Shown: piece after piece, positions 17,401 to 24,949 of the stretch
How the letters are laid out: the number at the start of each line of letters is the position of its first letter
How positions within the stretch are numbered: position 1 is the stretch's first letter
Virus record (IMG/VR): IMGVR_UViG_3300021791_000010
Location: 1-24,949 of that record
Origin: a virus
Taxonomy: Duplodnaviria > Caudoviricetes
Direction: 5' to 3' (one strand)
Length of the DNA: 24,949 nt
Made by a program: the position numbers and the translations under genes
Notes under the pieces: model-generated
Told to the model about the DNA's origin: nothing
What the model saw: the letters and a program-made list of their open reading frames with translations, nothing else
The model's database searches: none

Positions 17401-19068
17401 ATGAAACTTGGACAATATTTACCAGAAGTCCCAGCCTTTGCACAACAGATGGCAAATCTAAACAATCAATTAGATATGCTTCAGTTGATGAAAGCGTCAG
17501 GGGAGACTGGACAAGCCCCCACCATTGGGTTAGACCATGTAGTTAATACATGGGTACGCCATCAAATGGCGTACAGACAGCAACTAGTTATGGATTTACA
17601 GACAATTGCTATGTCTGTGGAAGAAATACGGGGGCCTTTAAATCATATTACTAGTGAAGTCTTTCGTAGAGGGTTTGAATGGAAGCCTAATGATTCGGAA
17701 TCTGACGAAGAGCAGTTAGATAAACTAAAAGCATTTATGAAAGATTGTAATGTCTTTGACCAAAGTCTTGAAGAGGTTCTTCGACAGTTCCATTTTGATG
17801 TTAACTCTATTGATGACGGGTTCTTGTACCTCGCAAAGGAGTATAAGGCTGGTCAGGATGGTAAACTGCGCTCTAAAGTACGAGAAATTAGACGCTTAAA
17901 CCCCGCATTGGTTGAATTTGACCTAGACCAACAGGGATTGCCCAAGAATTTCCACTTCTTATGTCCAATTCATAGGGAAGATATACAAGAATCGTCTACA
18001 ACCTGCCCTCAACCCAAGTGTGAGCAGACTATGTTACCTGTAATGTATAAATATTATCATAGGAACAAGCATATTTATTTCTTTGATTCGGAAATTATAC
18101 ATGTTTCTAAGTTTTCTCCATCAGAAACATATGGATGGAGTCCGATTTTAACAGTATTTGAAAAAGCTTTAACATTAATAGGTATGGATAAAAACCTTTA
18201 TAGATATTTCTTTGAACGTAAAATGCCTGCAGCAATGATGATGGTATTTACAGATGACCCTGAAAGTCTTAGAAGGGAACGTGCTAATCTAGCTGCACAA
18301 ACTAGATTAGATCCTAACTTCATCCCAATGGTAGCAGTTTCTGCCAAAAATAATCGTGGACGTGTAGACATGGTACGTCTCTTCCACACACTACAAGAAA
18401 TGGACTACTTACCAGTTCGGGAAGAAATTAGGGAAAGAGTTGCGGCCATGTGGGGAGTAACACCAGCGTGGCAGGGCGCACCAGAAGCATTTGGTGGGCT
18501 ATCAACTCAAACCCAGCAGTTAGTTGTAATGAGTCGTGTGGTTGAAGGTGACCAACGATTGTTCCATGAGAAGGTTTTTCCTGAGCTTTTAGAGGCATTT
18601 GGAATTACTGACTGGACATTATCATTAGCAGTTCCAGAGGAGAAGGCGGAAGCTACTAGAATAAGCTTTGCGCAACAGCGAATTGCAATCGCTAATCAAT
18701 TAAATCAAATGGGCTTCACACTTAAGCTTAAAGAGGGTGGAGTTCTTATGGAGGACGCAATGTTTACGATAGATGGAGAAGCGGTCTCGACTGCTCAGTT
18801 ACAAGGAGAGCAACAAGCTATGGCGTTGGAACAACAAATTCAACAACAAGAAATGCAGGAACAACAGATGGCACAACAGCAGGAGGCCATGGCTGCGCCA
18901 CCACCTGAAGAGGCCCCTGAAGATGAGCCTGAAGAAGAGGGCGAGGACGACTTTGACGAGGTGGCTATGACAAAAGCTATACATAGTTATCTGGATTCAT
19001 TGGATGAAAAAGACATAGATATTGACCCAGACACCGATGAACCAATTGATGAACCACTTTTAGAGTAG
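17401..19068 (+). CDS. Portal protein
   Basis: EIRRLNP, EIIHVSKFSP...YGWSPI, YFFERKMP, REEIRERVAAMWGVTP segments resemble HK97-type portals; Gln-rich and acidic C-terminal tail; follows terminase block. Confidence 0.88.
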   Translation: MKLGQYLPEVPAFAQQMANLNNQLDMLQLMKASGETGQAPTIGLDHVVNTWVRHQMAYRQQLVMDLQTIAMSVEEIRGPLNHITSEVFRRGFEWKPNDSESDEEQLDKLKAFMKDCNVFDQSLEEVLRQFHFDVNSIDDGFLYLAKEYKAGQDGKLRSKVREIRRLNPALVEFDLDQQGLPKNFHFLCPIHREDIQESSTTCPQPKCEQTMLPVMYKYYHRNKHIYFFDSEIIHVSKFSPSETYGWSPILTVFEKALTLIGMDKNLYRYFFERKMPAAMMMVFTDDPESLRRERANLAAQTRLDPNFIPMVAVSAKNNRGRVDMVRLFHTLQEMDYLPVREEIRERVAAMWGVTPAWQGAPEAFGGLSTQTQQLVVMSRVVEGDQRLFHEKVFPELLEAFGITDWTLSLAVPEEKAEATRISFAQQRIAIANQLNQMGFTLKLKEGGVLMEDAMFTIDGEAVSTAQLQGEQQAMALEQQIQQQEMQEQQMAQQQEAMAAPPPEEAPEDEPEEEGEDDFDEVAMTKAIHSYLDSLDEKDIDIDPDTDEPIDEPLLE

Positions 19069-19077
19069 GACTATGCA

Positions 19078-20811
19078 ATGACCATGATGAACCAAGGCCC
19101 GCAAGACGCAGCCCCTGTAAAAAGAATGCAACTTCCTGCACCACGAAGATTGTATTTAACAGGCAGTGATCTTAAAGATGCGACTGAAGCTGGACTGGTA
19201 ACGTATGAAGGTACTCTAGGTGGTACGTATGTGGACAGAAATGCTCACTGGCATCAAAGTCATAAGAAAGAAAATCCTAGCCAAACAATAACCTATAATG
19301 GTAACAAGATTGCTAATATGCATCCTGTTCCGAAGCATGGGCCAAATCTAGTAGAGTTTACAAATGGGGAACGGGGACTGGAAAATGACCGTCCAGTAGG
19401 TGAAGACGGAAAAAAGCTTTCAATTGCTAAAGATGATAAGGGTGGCCATAAGATAATAAAAAAGAATATGGCCACTACCTTGAATGGGGAGAAAGGAATA
19501 CCTAACGACGCTACCGATGTTTTTGTAGCTGGAAACCCGACACAAGGTGTACAAGCAACTTTTAAATATGCTACTGGTCTACCTGGAATCATTTATACAA
19601 AGGAGGCAAAAGCCGCAGTAGATGACCAACGATGGGATTCCCATAGAGAGGCGACCCCACATTTAAGAAAAGCTATAAATGCGTTGAATAGAATGGACGT
19701 TAGTGAAATGAAGGATTCTGAAAAAGTATTAAACCTTATTGCAATAATGGGATTTAGACACGGACAAGCAGGAGAGGCCCGTATACATGAGGACGGCAAT
19801 CCTACAGGAGTTGGATGTTTGACTTTCCTACGAAATAATATTGAAGTAGATGGCAATAAAACAACCTTTAAGTTTAGAGCAAAAAAAGACATACCCTTAG
19901 AGTTCAGTACTCGTAATTCTAGAGTATCGGCCATAGTTAACTCCCTTGATTTGGATAATAAGGAACCTACTGACAGGCTTTTTAATACAACGACAGAGAC
20001 TAATAATAGTCTTCTTAAAAAATTAGCTGGTCATGATACTGGTGTACATGTTATGGCATTGCGTAGATTAAAGGCTGGGGATATCGCCACATCCGAAATA
20101 AAGAAACGGGGTTTAAGTGAATCTGGGCCACTGAGTAAGAAAGAGTATAGTAAGCTAAGAAAGGAAGTTAGTATGTCCGTAGGTAAAAAATTGGGGCATA
20201 GAAGGTCAAAACGTTTTAAGGGGGGTACAACTAAAAAAGGAGTCTACGAAGATGAGGGTAGTACATCGCTTAAAAATTATATAGACCCAAATAAATGGAA
20301 ACATCTTACACCTTCCGATGTTCCGTTACAAAAGAATCAAGGGGCATATCCCCAACCCGATTGGCATGGTAAGGGGCCAAATGAGGAACGAGATATTGAC
20401 GAGTGGGCTGAGGATAGACGGCGTAAGGGAGAAAATAAGCAATGGGGAATTAAAGGATTGGCGGGAAGACCCCCTAAAGGAGTTAATAAGAGAATCTTGA
20501 AAGCTCCTAAAACATGGATAGAAGCTATAATGGAACAAGGTTTCGTAGCACCCTTGATTAAACAAGTCACACCTGATGGTAGACAGATATGGTTTTTAGA
20601 AAATGGGACTGATTATATAGCGAATTTTGGTTTGGGAGGAAATGCTTTTATAGAGAAGGCTGTTTTTAAGCCTACACTAAGAAACCCTTCTATTTCCTAC
20701 GCTCCATCTCAATCTAATAGAAAGCCTAGAAAAAATGATGAGGAGCCAAACGTTCAAGGAGAGCCTTATACGGGAGATGTTATAGATGATGATGAGGCAC
20801 AAGGACTATAA
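19078..20811 (+). CDS. Head-region multidomain protein containing a type IB DNA topoisomerase domain
   Basis: IPNDATDVFV / GVQATF..ATG...IY / GFRHG / GCLTF / FKFRAKK / ALRR / LGH / KNYIDP match the order of bacterial and poxviral TopIB motifs. Confidence 0.8.
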   Translation: MTMMNQGPQDAAPVKRMQLPAPRRLYLTGSDLKDATEAGLVTYEGTLGGTYVDRNAHWHQSHKKENPSQTITYNGNKIANMHPVPKHGPNLVEFTNGERGLENDRPVGEDGKKLSIAKDDKGGHKIIKKNMATTLNGEKGIPNDATDVFVAGNPTQGVQATFKYATGLPGIIYTKEAKAAVDDQRWDSHREATPHLRKAINALNRMDVSEMKDSEKVLNLIAIMGFRHGQAGEARIHEDGNPTGVGCLTFLRNNIEVDGNKTTFKFRAKKDIPLEFSTRNSRVSAIVNSLDLDNKEPTDRLFNTTTETNNSLLKKLAGHDTGVHVMALRRLKAGDIATSEIKKRGLSESGPLSKKEYSKLRKEVSMSVGKKLGHRRSKRFKGGTTKKGVYEDEGSTSLKNYIDPNKWKHLTPSDVPLQKNQGAYPQPDWHGKGPNEERDIDEWAEDRRRKGENKQWGIKGLAGRPPKGVNKRILKAPKTWIEAIMEQGFVAPLIKQVTPDGRQIWFLENGTDYIANFGLGGNAFIEKAVFKPTLRNPSISYAPSQSNRKPRKNDEEPNVQGEPYTGDVIDDDEAQGL

Positions 20812-20823
20812 GGGAGGACAATT

Positions 20824-22035
20824 ATGCCAGCTAAATCTGAAAAACAAAGACGTTTTATGGGAGCAGAACTAGCTCGTAAACGGGCGGGTGAACAAACACG
20901 CACTGATATGACCGAAGACGAACTAGAAGATTTTGCTTCTAAACAATCTGTAAATAAAATAATGGTTGGAGGAATACAAGAAGGTATTAGACCTAAGCTT
21001 CCTGATCATCAGTTACCAAGGAAGAAGGGACATGCTTCAGAGTATCCTCCACAACATGGTGGGATGTTAGGCCCACATAGAGAACTCAAAAAGCAACATC
21101 AGAAGTTCCTTAAGTTTGATGTAGCCTACGGGCCAGCCTCTCCTGAGCAGATAACGAAGGGTGAGAAATGTGATACATGTCTACATTGGAAAGATGGGGC
21201 AGCGTGTCATATAGTCTTTGGATTTATTCACGCTGATGATTGGTGTAATAAGTGGGAACAGAATGATTTACTCCAGAAAGCTATACCTGAGAAACCTGTA
21301 TCAGCGGTACAGGCATTAAAAGAAAAAACTAAGAAGGGGGCAACGAAACATCCTGCTCTGCACTCACATAGAGATGACCATCCAACCCATTTACATATAC
21401 AAGTACATAAAGAAGATGGCGGTGGAGATGGTGGCGGGGCCTTAGCTGGTGGAGGAACGGTATTTACTTCTACCAATTCTGGAGTTTTTACTCCTACCCA
21501 TGGAGGAAATGAAAAACCTAAAAAAAAGAAAACGGGTATTGAAAGATTGGGTCAATTTATTACAGACAATTCGCCTGAAAAAAAGATGTTAAAAGCTCCC
21601 TTGTATGCCTTGACAGAGTTATTAAATGAGGTTAGACTAGAGTTGCGAAAGGACGATGAGAAGAGACAGACTCCACCAAAGTCTAAACCTACTCTAGATG
21701 ATCCTCCTCAAGTAGTGGAAAGGGAAGCTAATATACCCGATGACCCAAATCTTGTTGCGGGACAAAAGATGACCGAAAAGGAGCAGAAGCGTATTATGAA
21801 TGAAGATAAGAATAAGGATAGTGGAGACCCACATACATTGTTATTGGATGAAGAAGATGAAGAGGACGTAACAAAAAAGGAGTGGGGAAGTGGCCCTGCT
21901 AGTGTGGACTCATTGCGTCAAACTGGAGATAAAGATAAATTAGAGTCTGATGAAGAATCAAATGAGCCTGAGGAAGAAGAGTTAACGGATAATACAAAAG
22001 ACCCACTTATAAAACGCATACTTAAGGATTTGTAG
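20824..22035 (+). CDS. Head-region modular protein: DUF3008-like N-terminus, HiPIP-like 4-Cys domain, charged low-complexity remainder
   Basis: MPAKSEKQRRFMGAELARKR...MTEDELEDFASK; Y...C-x2-C-x8-C-x11-WC-x2-W; SD AGGGAGG. Confidence 0.7.
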   Translation: MPAKSEKQRRFMGAELARKRAGEQTRTDMTEDELEDFASKQSVNKIMVGGIQEGIRPKLPDHQLPRKKGHASEYPPQHGGMLGPHRELKKQHQKFLKFDVAYGPASPEQITKGEKCDTCLHWKDGAACHIVFGFIHADDWCNKWEQNDLLQKAIPEKPVSAVQALKEKTKKGATKHPALHSHRDDHPTHLHIQVHKEDGGGDGGGALAGGGTVFTSTNSGVFTPTHGGNEKPKKKKTGIERLGQFITDNSPEKKMLKAPLYALTELLNEVRLELRKDDEKRQTPPKSKPTLDDPPQVVEREANIPDDPNLVAGQKMTEKEQKRIMNEDKNKDSGDPHTLLLDEEDEEDVTKKEWGSGPASVDSLRQTGDKDKLESDEESNEPEEEELTDNTKDPLIKRILKDL

Positions 22036-22037
22036 GT

Positions 22038-22316
22038 ATGGATTTATACCATGGACTGTGTCCAAAGTGTAGCAGGGGTTCGTTGTATGTAAACACAGAA
22101 GGTGATTTAAGTTGTCTGATGTGTGGAAATAGTATAGCATTAAGGAGGATGGTTTATGATACCAGAGATAGCCAAAGAGGAATTAGTAAAGAAAAGATTA
22201 GCAGGAGCAACGTGGACGGAGCTAGCGCAGACACTCCAACAAACGTACGGAGTGGACGTTCATCGAACTACCGTAATGCGTTGGTACGACAAAGAGGTCT
22301 CTATAGAAAACATTGA
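22038..22316 (+). CDS. Small zinc-ribbon protein
   Basis: CPKC...CLMCG in the first 30 aa; the 3' part overlaps the next gene by 161 nt. Confidence 0.55.
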   Translation: MDLYHGLCPKCSRGSLYVNTEGDLSCLMCGNSIALRRMVYDTRDSQRGISKEKISRSNVDGASADTPTNVRSGRSSNYRNALVRQRGLYRKH

Positions 22317-23502
22317 CCCTGATAACATTGTATTAGATTCTGTAGACGATCGAATTAGACTAGATAAAAAACTGGCGACCTTTAAAGCTGAGACTACTTA
22401 TTACAAGAAGTTATATGAAGCATCTTTAAAGGATACCGCAAAACAGAATCTGATTGTAGATGCCATTAAACAATTCACCCCATCTTTTGATAAGGTATCT
22501 GTCGATAAGATTTCTAAACCTAAAGGAAAGCAGAGGGGAGATTCGACTCAAATAGTTGTCGCTCCTTTATGCGATACTCATATAGGTGAGTATGTAGATT
22601 ATCAACAAATGGCAGGACTTAATTCGTATTCCTTTGATATCTTTGGAAAACGATTATCTGGATGGTCAACACAGCTTCTTAACTTAGTACAACTTAGGAG
22701 AGAGGCTATACCAATTGATGAACTAGTTGTGCCTATGTTAGGTGATATGATTAGTGGGGATATTCATGAAGAGCTATCGAATACGAATCTAGATAACTGT
22801 ATGCAACAGATGATTCGTGGGGCGAATCTAATCGCTCAAGCACTTATGTTCCTAGCCCCTAACTTTTCAAAGATAAGAGTTCCTTGTGTTGTAGGAAACC
22901 ATGGGCGCATGACAAGAAAACCCCCAATGAAAGATAAGTATATGGATTGGGACTTCCTTTTATATCAATGGGTAGCAGCGTTTTGCCAGAATCAGAAGAA
23001 TATTGAGTTTGATATACGTAAAAGCTACCTGAATACTTTTCAGATATTCGATAAAAATATTCTTATTATGCATGGTGATAGTGCATCTGGGGCTGGTTCC
23101 TTAACAACAATTACCAGAGTTCTTACAAACCTTAGGTCAGTCTTACAGTTTAGAAAGGGTTTGGAAATAGAGGCAACAAATGCTCATGACGAGCTTATTG
23201 ACCCGAATATCCTACCTGCATCCTTTGATTCTGTAATGATAGGACATTTTCATAGATGTGATGAGATAGATATAGGAACTGGACATGCTTTAATATGCGG
23301 ATGTATGAAAGGTGGAGATGAATTTGCTCTCCAAAGATTGTCCGTCATTACCAAACCCCAACAATTGGTTACGTATTGGCACCCTAAGTATGGGTACATA
23401 GCTAAAGAGACTATATATTTAAATCGTTATGATACAGTTCCAAGTCATTTCACTGATGTTTTACCTAACGTTTGGATAGATGCGTCTAAAAGAGCTAAAT
23501 AA
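22156..23502 (+). CDS. HTH + calcineurin-like metallophosphoesterase
   Basis: N-terminal HTH (GATWTELA...HRTTVMRWY), coiled coil, then DTHIG, LGDMISGDIH, VGNHG, MHGD, GHFH; SD TAAGGAGG. Confidence 0.85.
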   Translation: MIPEIAKEELVKKRLAGATWTELAQTLQQTYGVDVHRTTVMRWYDKEVSIENIDPDNIVLDSVDDRIRLDKKLATFKAETTYYKKLYEASLKDTAKQNLIVDAIKQFTPSFDKVSVDKISKPKGKQRGDSTQIVVAPLCDTHIGEYVDYQQMAGLNSYSFDIFGKRLSGWSTQLLNLVQLRREAIPIDELVVPMLGDMISGDIHEELSNTNLDNCMQQMIRGANLIAQALMFLAPNFSKIRVPCVVGNHGRMTRKPPMKDKYMDWDFLLYQWVAAFCQNQKNIEFDIRKSYLNTFQIFDKNILIMHGDSASGAGSLTTITRVLTNLRSVLQFRKGLEIEATNAHDELIDPNILPASFDSVMIGHFHRCDEIDIGTGHALICGCMKGGDEFALQRLSVITKPQQLVTYWHPKYGYIAKETIYLNRYDTVPSHFTDVLPNVWIDASKRAK

Positions 23503-23504
23503 GA

Positions 23505-23513
23505 AGTATAATA
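23505..23513 (+). promoter_or_regulatory. Putative promoter -10 element (AGTATAATA motif)
   Basis: Intergenic copy of the recurring 9-mer, about 37 nt before the start at 23550. Confidence 0.5.
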
Positions 23514-23549
23514 TTAAGATGGGTGATTTTATAGAAAGGAGTGTGTAGA

Positions 23550-24005
23550 ATGCCAAGTCCTGCAGTAATGAATAAGGTTGCACAAGCCTTAGCAGCATTG
23601 GGAGACGATATCTTTAAAGTCTCTCAGAGAAATGTTCCAGTAATGACTGGTGCCTTAAAAGCATCTGGAAGAGTGCGGACGTTCTCTAACGGATTTGAAA
23701 TTCAATACACTACTGCTTATGCAAGGGATGTGGAATTCGGAAGAACTGATGGGAGTGCTGTACAAAAACCTTGGGTACAAAATGTTCCTGCTCACGTTCG
23801 TAGAACTAAAAATGGAAGAGTGCGGGTAAAGGCGCATCAAAAAGAATATACTTCAGGAAAACCTGTACAGATGCCAGATGGTTCGTGGAGAGTGTTTACA
23901 GCTTCTCCGCAAACAGCAGCAAGATTATTTCTTACTAAAGCGGTAGAAGAAATATTGACCCCAGCTTTCTCACAGAATTTGGGGTTGCAGAAGTATATTA
24001 AATAA
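23550..24005 (+). CDS. HK97 gp10-like virion morphogenesis protein
   Basis: SQRNVPVMTGALKASG and YTTAYARDVEFG motifs; ATG 23550 is 8 nt after AAGGAG. Confidence 0.75.
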   Translation: MPSPAVMNKVAQALAALGDDIFKVSQRNVPVMTGALKASGRVRTFSNGFEIQYTTAYARDVEFGRTDGSAVQKPWVQNVPAHVRRTKNGRVRVKAHQKEYTSGKPVQMPDGSWRVFTASPQTAARLFLTKAVEEILTPAFSQNLGLQKYIK

Positions 24006-24026
24006 CTAAGTAGAGAGGAGGGTATA

Positions 24027-24230
24027 ATGGTAGATGTAAATAAAGTAACTCCAGAACAAGAATATATTATAGCGAAACATTCTAGAATGGTGGGGAAAAT
24101 TCTAGATTTGCTTGAAGCATCCATGCCTGAAGGAAACCAGTGTGAAAAAATAAAAAAATTAGCACAGATTCCTTTATATGACTTTCGAAATGAGATGATT
24201 CGTTTAGTAACAGTCGGCGTTCCTGATTAG
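24027..24230 (+). CDS. Small hypothetical protein
   Basis: 67-aa helical ORF with SD GAGGAGG. Confidence 0.75.
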   Translation: MVDVNKVTPEQEYIIAKHSRMVGKILDLLEASMPEGNQCEKIKKLAQIPLYDFRNEMIRLVTVGVPD

Positions 24231-24276
24231 ATTATATTATAAATACTATGTATATACCGAATTTTAGGCGAAACGT

Positions 24277-24285
24277 AGTATAATA
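24277..24285 (+). promoter_or_regulatory. Putative promoter -10 element (AGTATAATA motif)
   Basis: Third exact copy, in the longest intergenic region, ahead of a structured leader. Confidence 0.5.
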
Positions 24286-24324
24286 CAAACGTGTAGTCGT
24301 TAAGACTATATTATAAGATTGCTA

Positions 24325-24362
24325 ATAGAAAGGTCGGAGGTGGCTTAGACCAACCTTTCTGT
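24325..24362 (+). other. Stem-loop in leader of the scaffold-like gene
   Basis: AUAGAAAGGU (24325-24334) pairs with ACCUUUCUGU (24353-24362); inner GGU/ACC stem. Confidence 0.6.
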
Positions 24363-24404
24363 CGGTATTTTGGAAGAAATTACTTACAGTAAGGAGGTTT
24401 TACG

Positions 24405-24949
24405 ATGGCAGACCAAACAATGGAAAGGATTGAGAAGCAGTTGGAGGGCAATAGTCTTGCCTTGTCTGCTGTGGCCGAAGTTCTCTCTAAGATGGACGGA
24501 CGTTTGTCTAGAGATGAGGAAGTTGCTTTGGCTAAAGCAGAACAAGAAGAGGCTGCTGCTGACCGAAGCTCTTTGATTAAAGAGATTGCTTCAGAGGTCG
24601 CTGGAATTTTGAAGGCGGATAACCAAATGGATGTGGACGGTACGAAAGTACGACCCGCTGCTAAGACAGGGAAGACCCCTGCTAATGCAGACGACGCAGA
24701 AAAACCCATTGCCGCAACTTCAAAGATAGAAGACCAACAGGCCACCATTCAGGCTATGCAGAAAGGTGACGCTGAGGAAGAGGACGAAAAGGCAGAAGAG
24801 TATCCCGTCGATGAAAAGAAAGGTGGGATGAAGTATAAAGCAGCAGATGACGAGGAAGAGGATGAAGAAGACGTTGATAAAGCAGGGGATGGAGAGGCCG
24901 AAGAAGAAGAAGAGGAAGACGCTGATGCAGAGAAGTCTATGATGAAGCA
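24405..24949 (+). CDS. Acidic capsid scaffold-like protein (truncated by window end; not in ORF track)
   Basis: SD TAAGGAGG, ATG 24405, MADQTMERIEKQLEGNSLALSAVAEVLSKMD..., open to the window end; helical N-terminus, strongly Glu/Asp-rich. Scaffold role is inferred from composition and position. Confidence 0.7.
   Translation, partial: MADQTMERIEKQLEGNSLALSAVAEVLSKMDGRLSRDEEVALAKAEQEEAAADRSSLIKEIASEVAGILKADNQMDVDGTKVRPAAKTGKTPANADDAEKPIAATSKIEDQQATIQAMQKGDAEEEDEKAEEYPVDEKKGGMKYKAADDEEEDEEDVDKAGDGEAEEEEEEDADAEKSMMK

Noticed and set aside
18800-18960. CAA/CAG and GAA-rich repeats at the portal 3' end
   Set aside because: They encode a low-complexity Gln/Glu tail, common in portals, and are not a DNA repeat element.
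19498-20298. Tyrosine integrase indicating a temperate phage
   Set aside because: No HxLRH motif; the N-terminal IP...DVFV and QAT motifs and terminal YIDP fit TopIB better, and no att-like context was seen.
24231-24404. tRNA (including tRNA-Sec) or intrinsic terminator in the long intergenic region
   Set aside because: No cloverleaf or T-loop GTTC pattern, and the hairpins lack an adjacent U-tract.
18773-24576. Alternate-frame + strand ORFs 18773-18970, 20318-20500 and 24370-24576
   Set aside because: Each is nested in or overlaps a better-supported gene; the last is displaced by the 24405 ORF with a perfect SD.
528-24748. All minus-strand ORFs in the track
   Set aside because: They are short antisense shadows of well-supported + strand genes, with no recognisable motifs.

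Overview
This is an AT-rich, tightly packed segment of a large tailed dsDNA phage genome with every credible gene on the + strand and strong AGGAG-type Shine-Dalgarno sites. It runs from a replication/recombination module (DnaB helicase, DnaG primase, SSB, dCMP deaminase, family A DNA polymerase, RecA, Vsr-like, Cas4-like and RuvC-like nucleases) to the small and large terminase. An accessory block follows (class II ribonucleotide reductase, a membrane protein, a thermonuclease, a redoxin, a coiled-coil protein), then the portal and head-region genes, ending in a truncated acidic scaffold-like ORF. The top finding is a 74-codon NrdH/glutaredoxin-like gene missed by the ORF track (16665-16889). 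It has an in-frame TGA exactly at the first Cys of a CGPC motif (U-G-P-C), followed by a bacterial SECIS-like hairpin, so it is a candidate phage-encoded selenoprotein near a B12-dependent RNR. Also notable are a type IB topoisomerase domain and a HiPIP-like 4-Cys domain inside head-region proteins, bounded by a recurring hydrophobic-x-Lys motif that may mark prohead-protease cleavage sites. All calls come from reading motifs by eye; no database searches were run.
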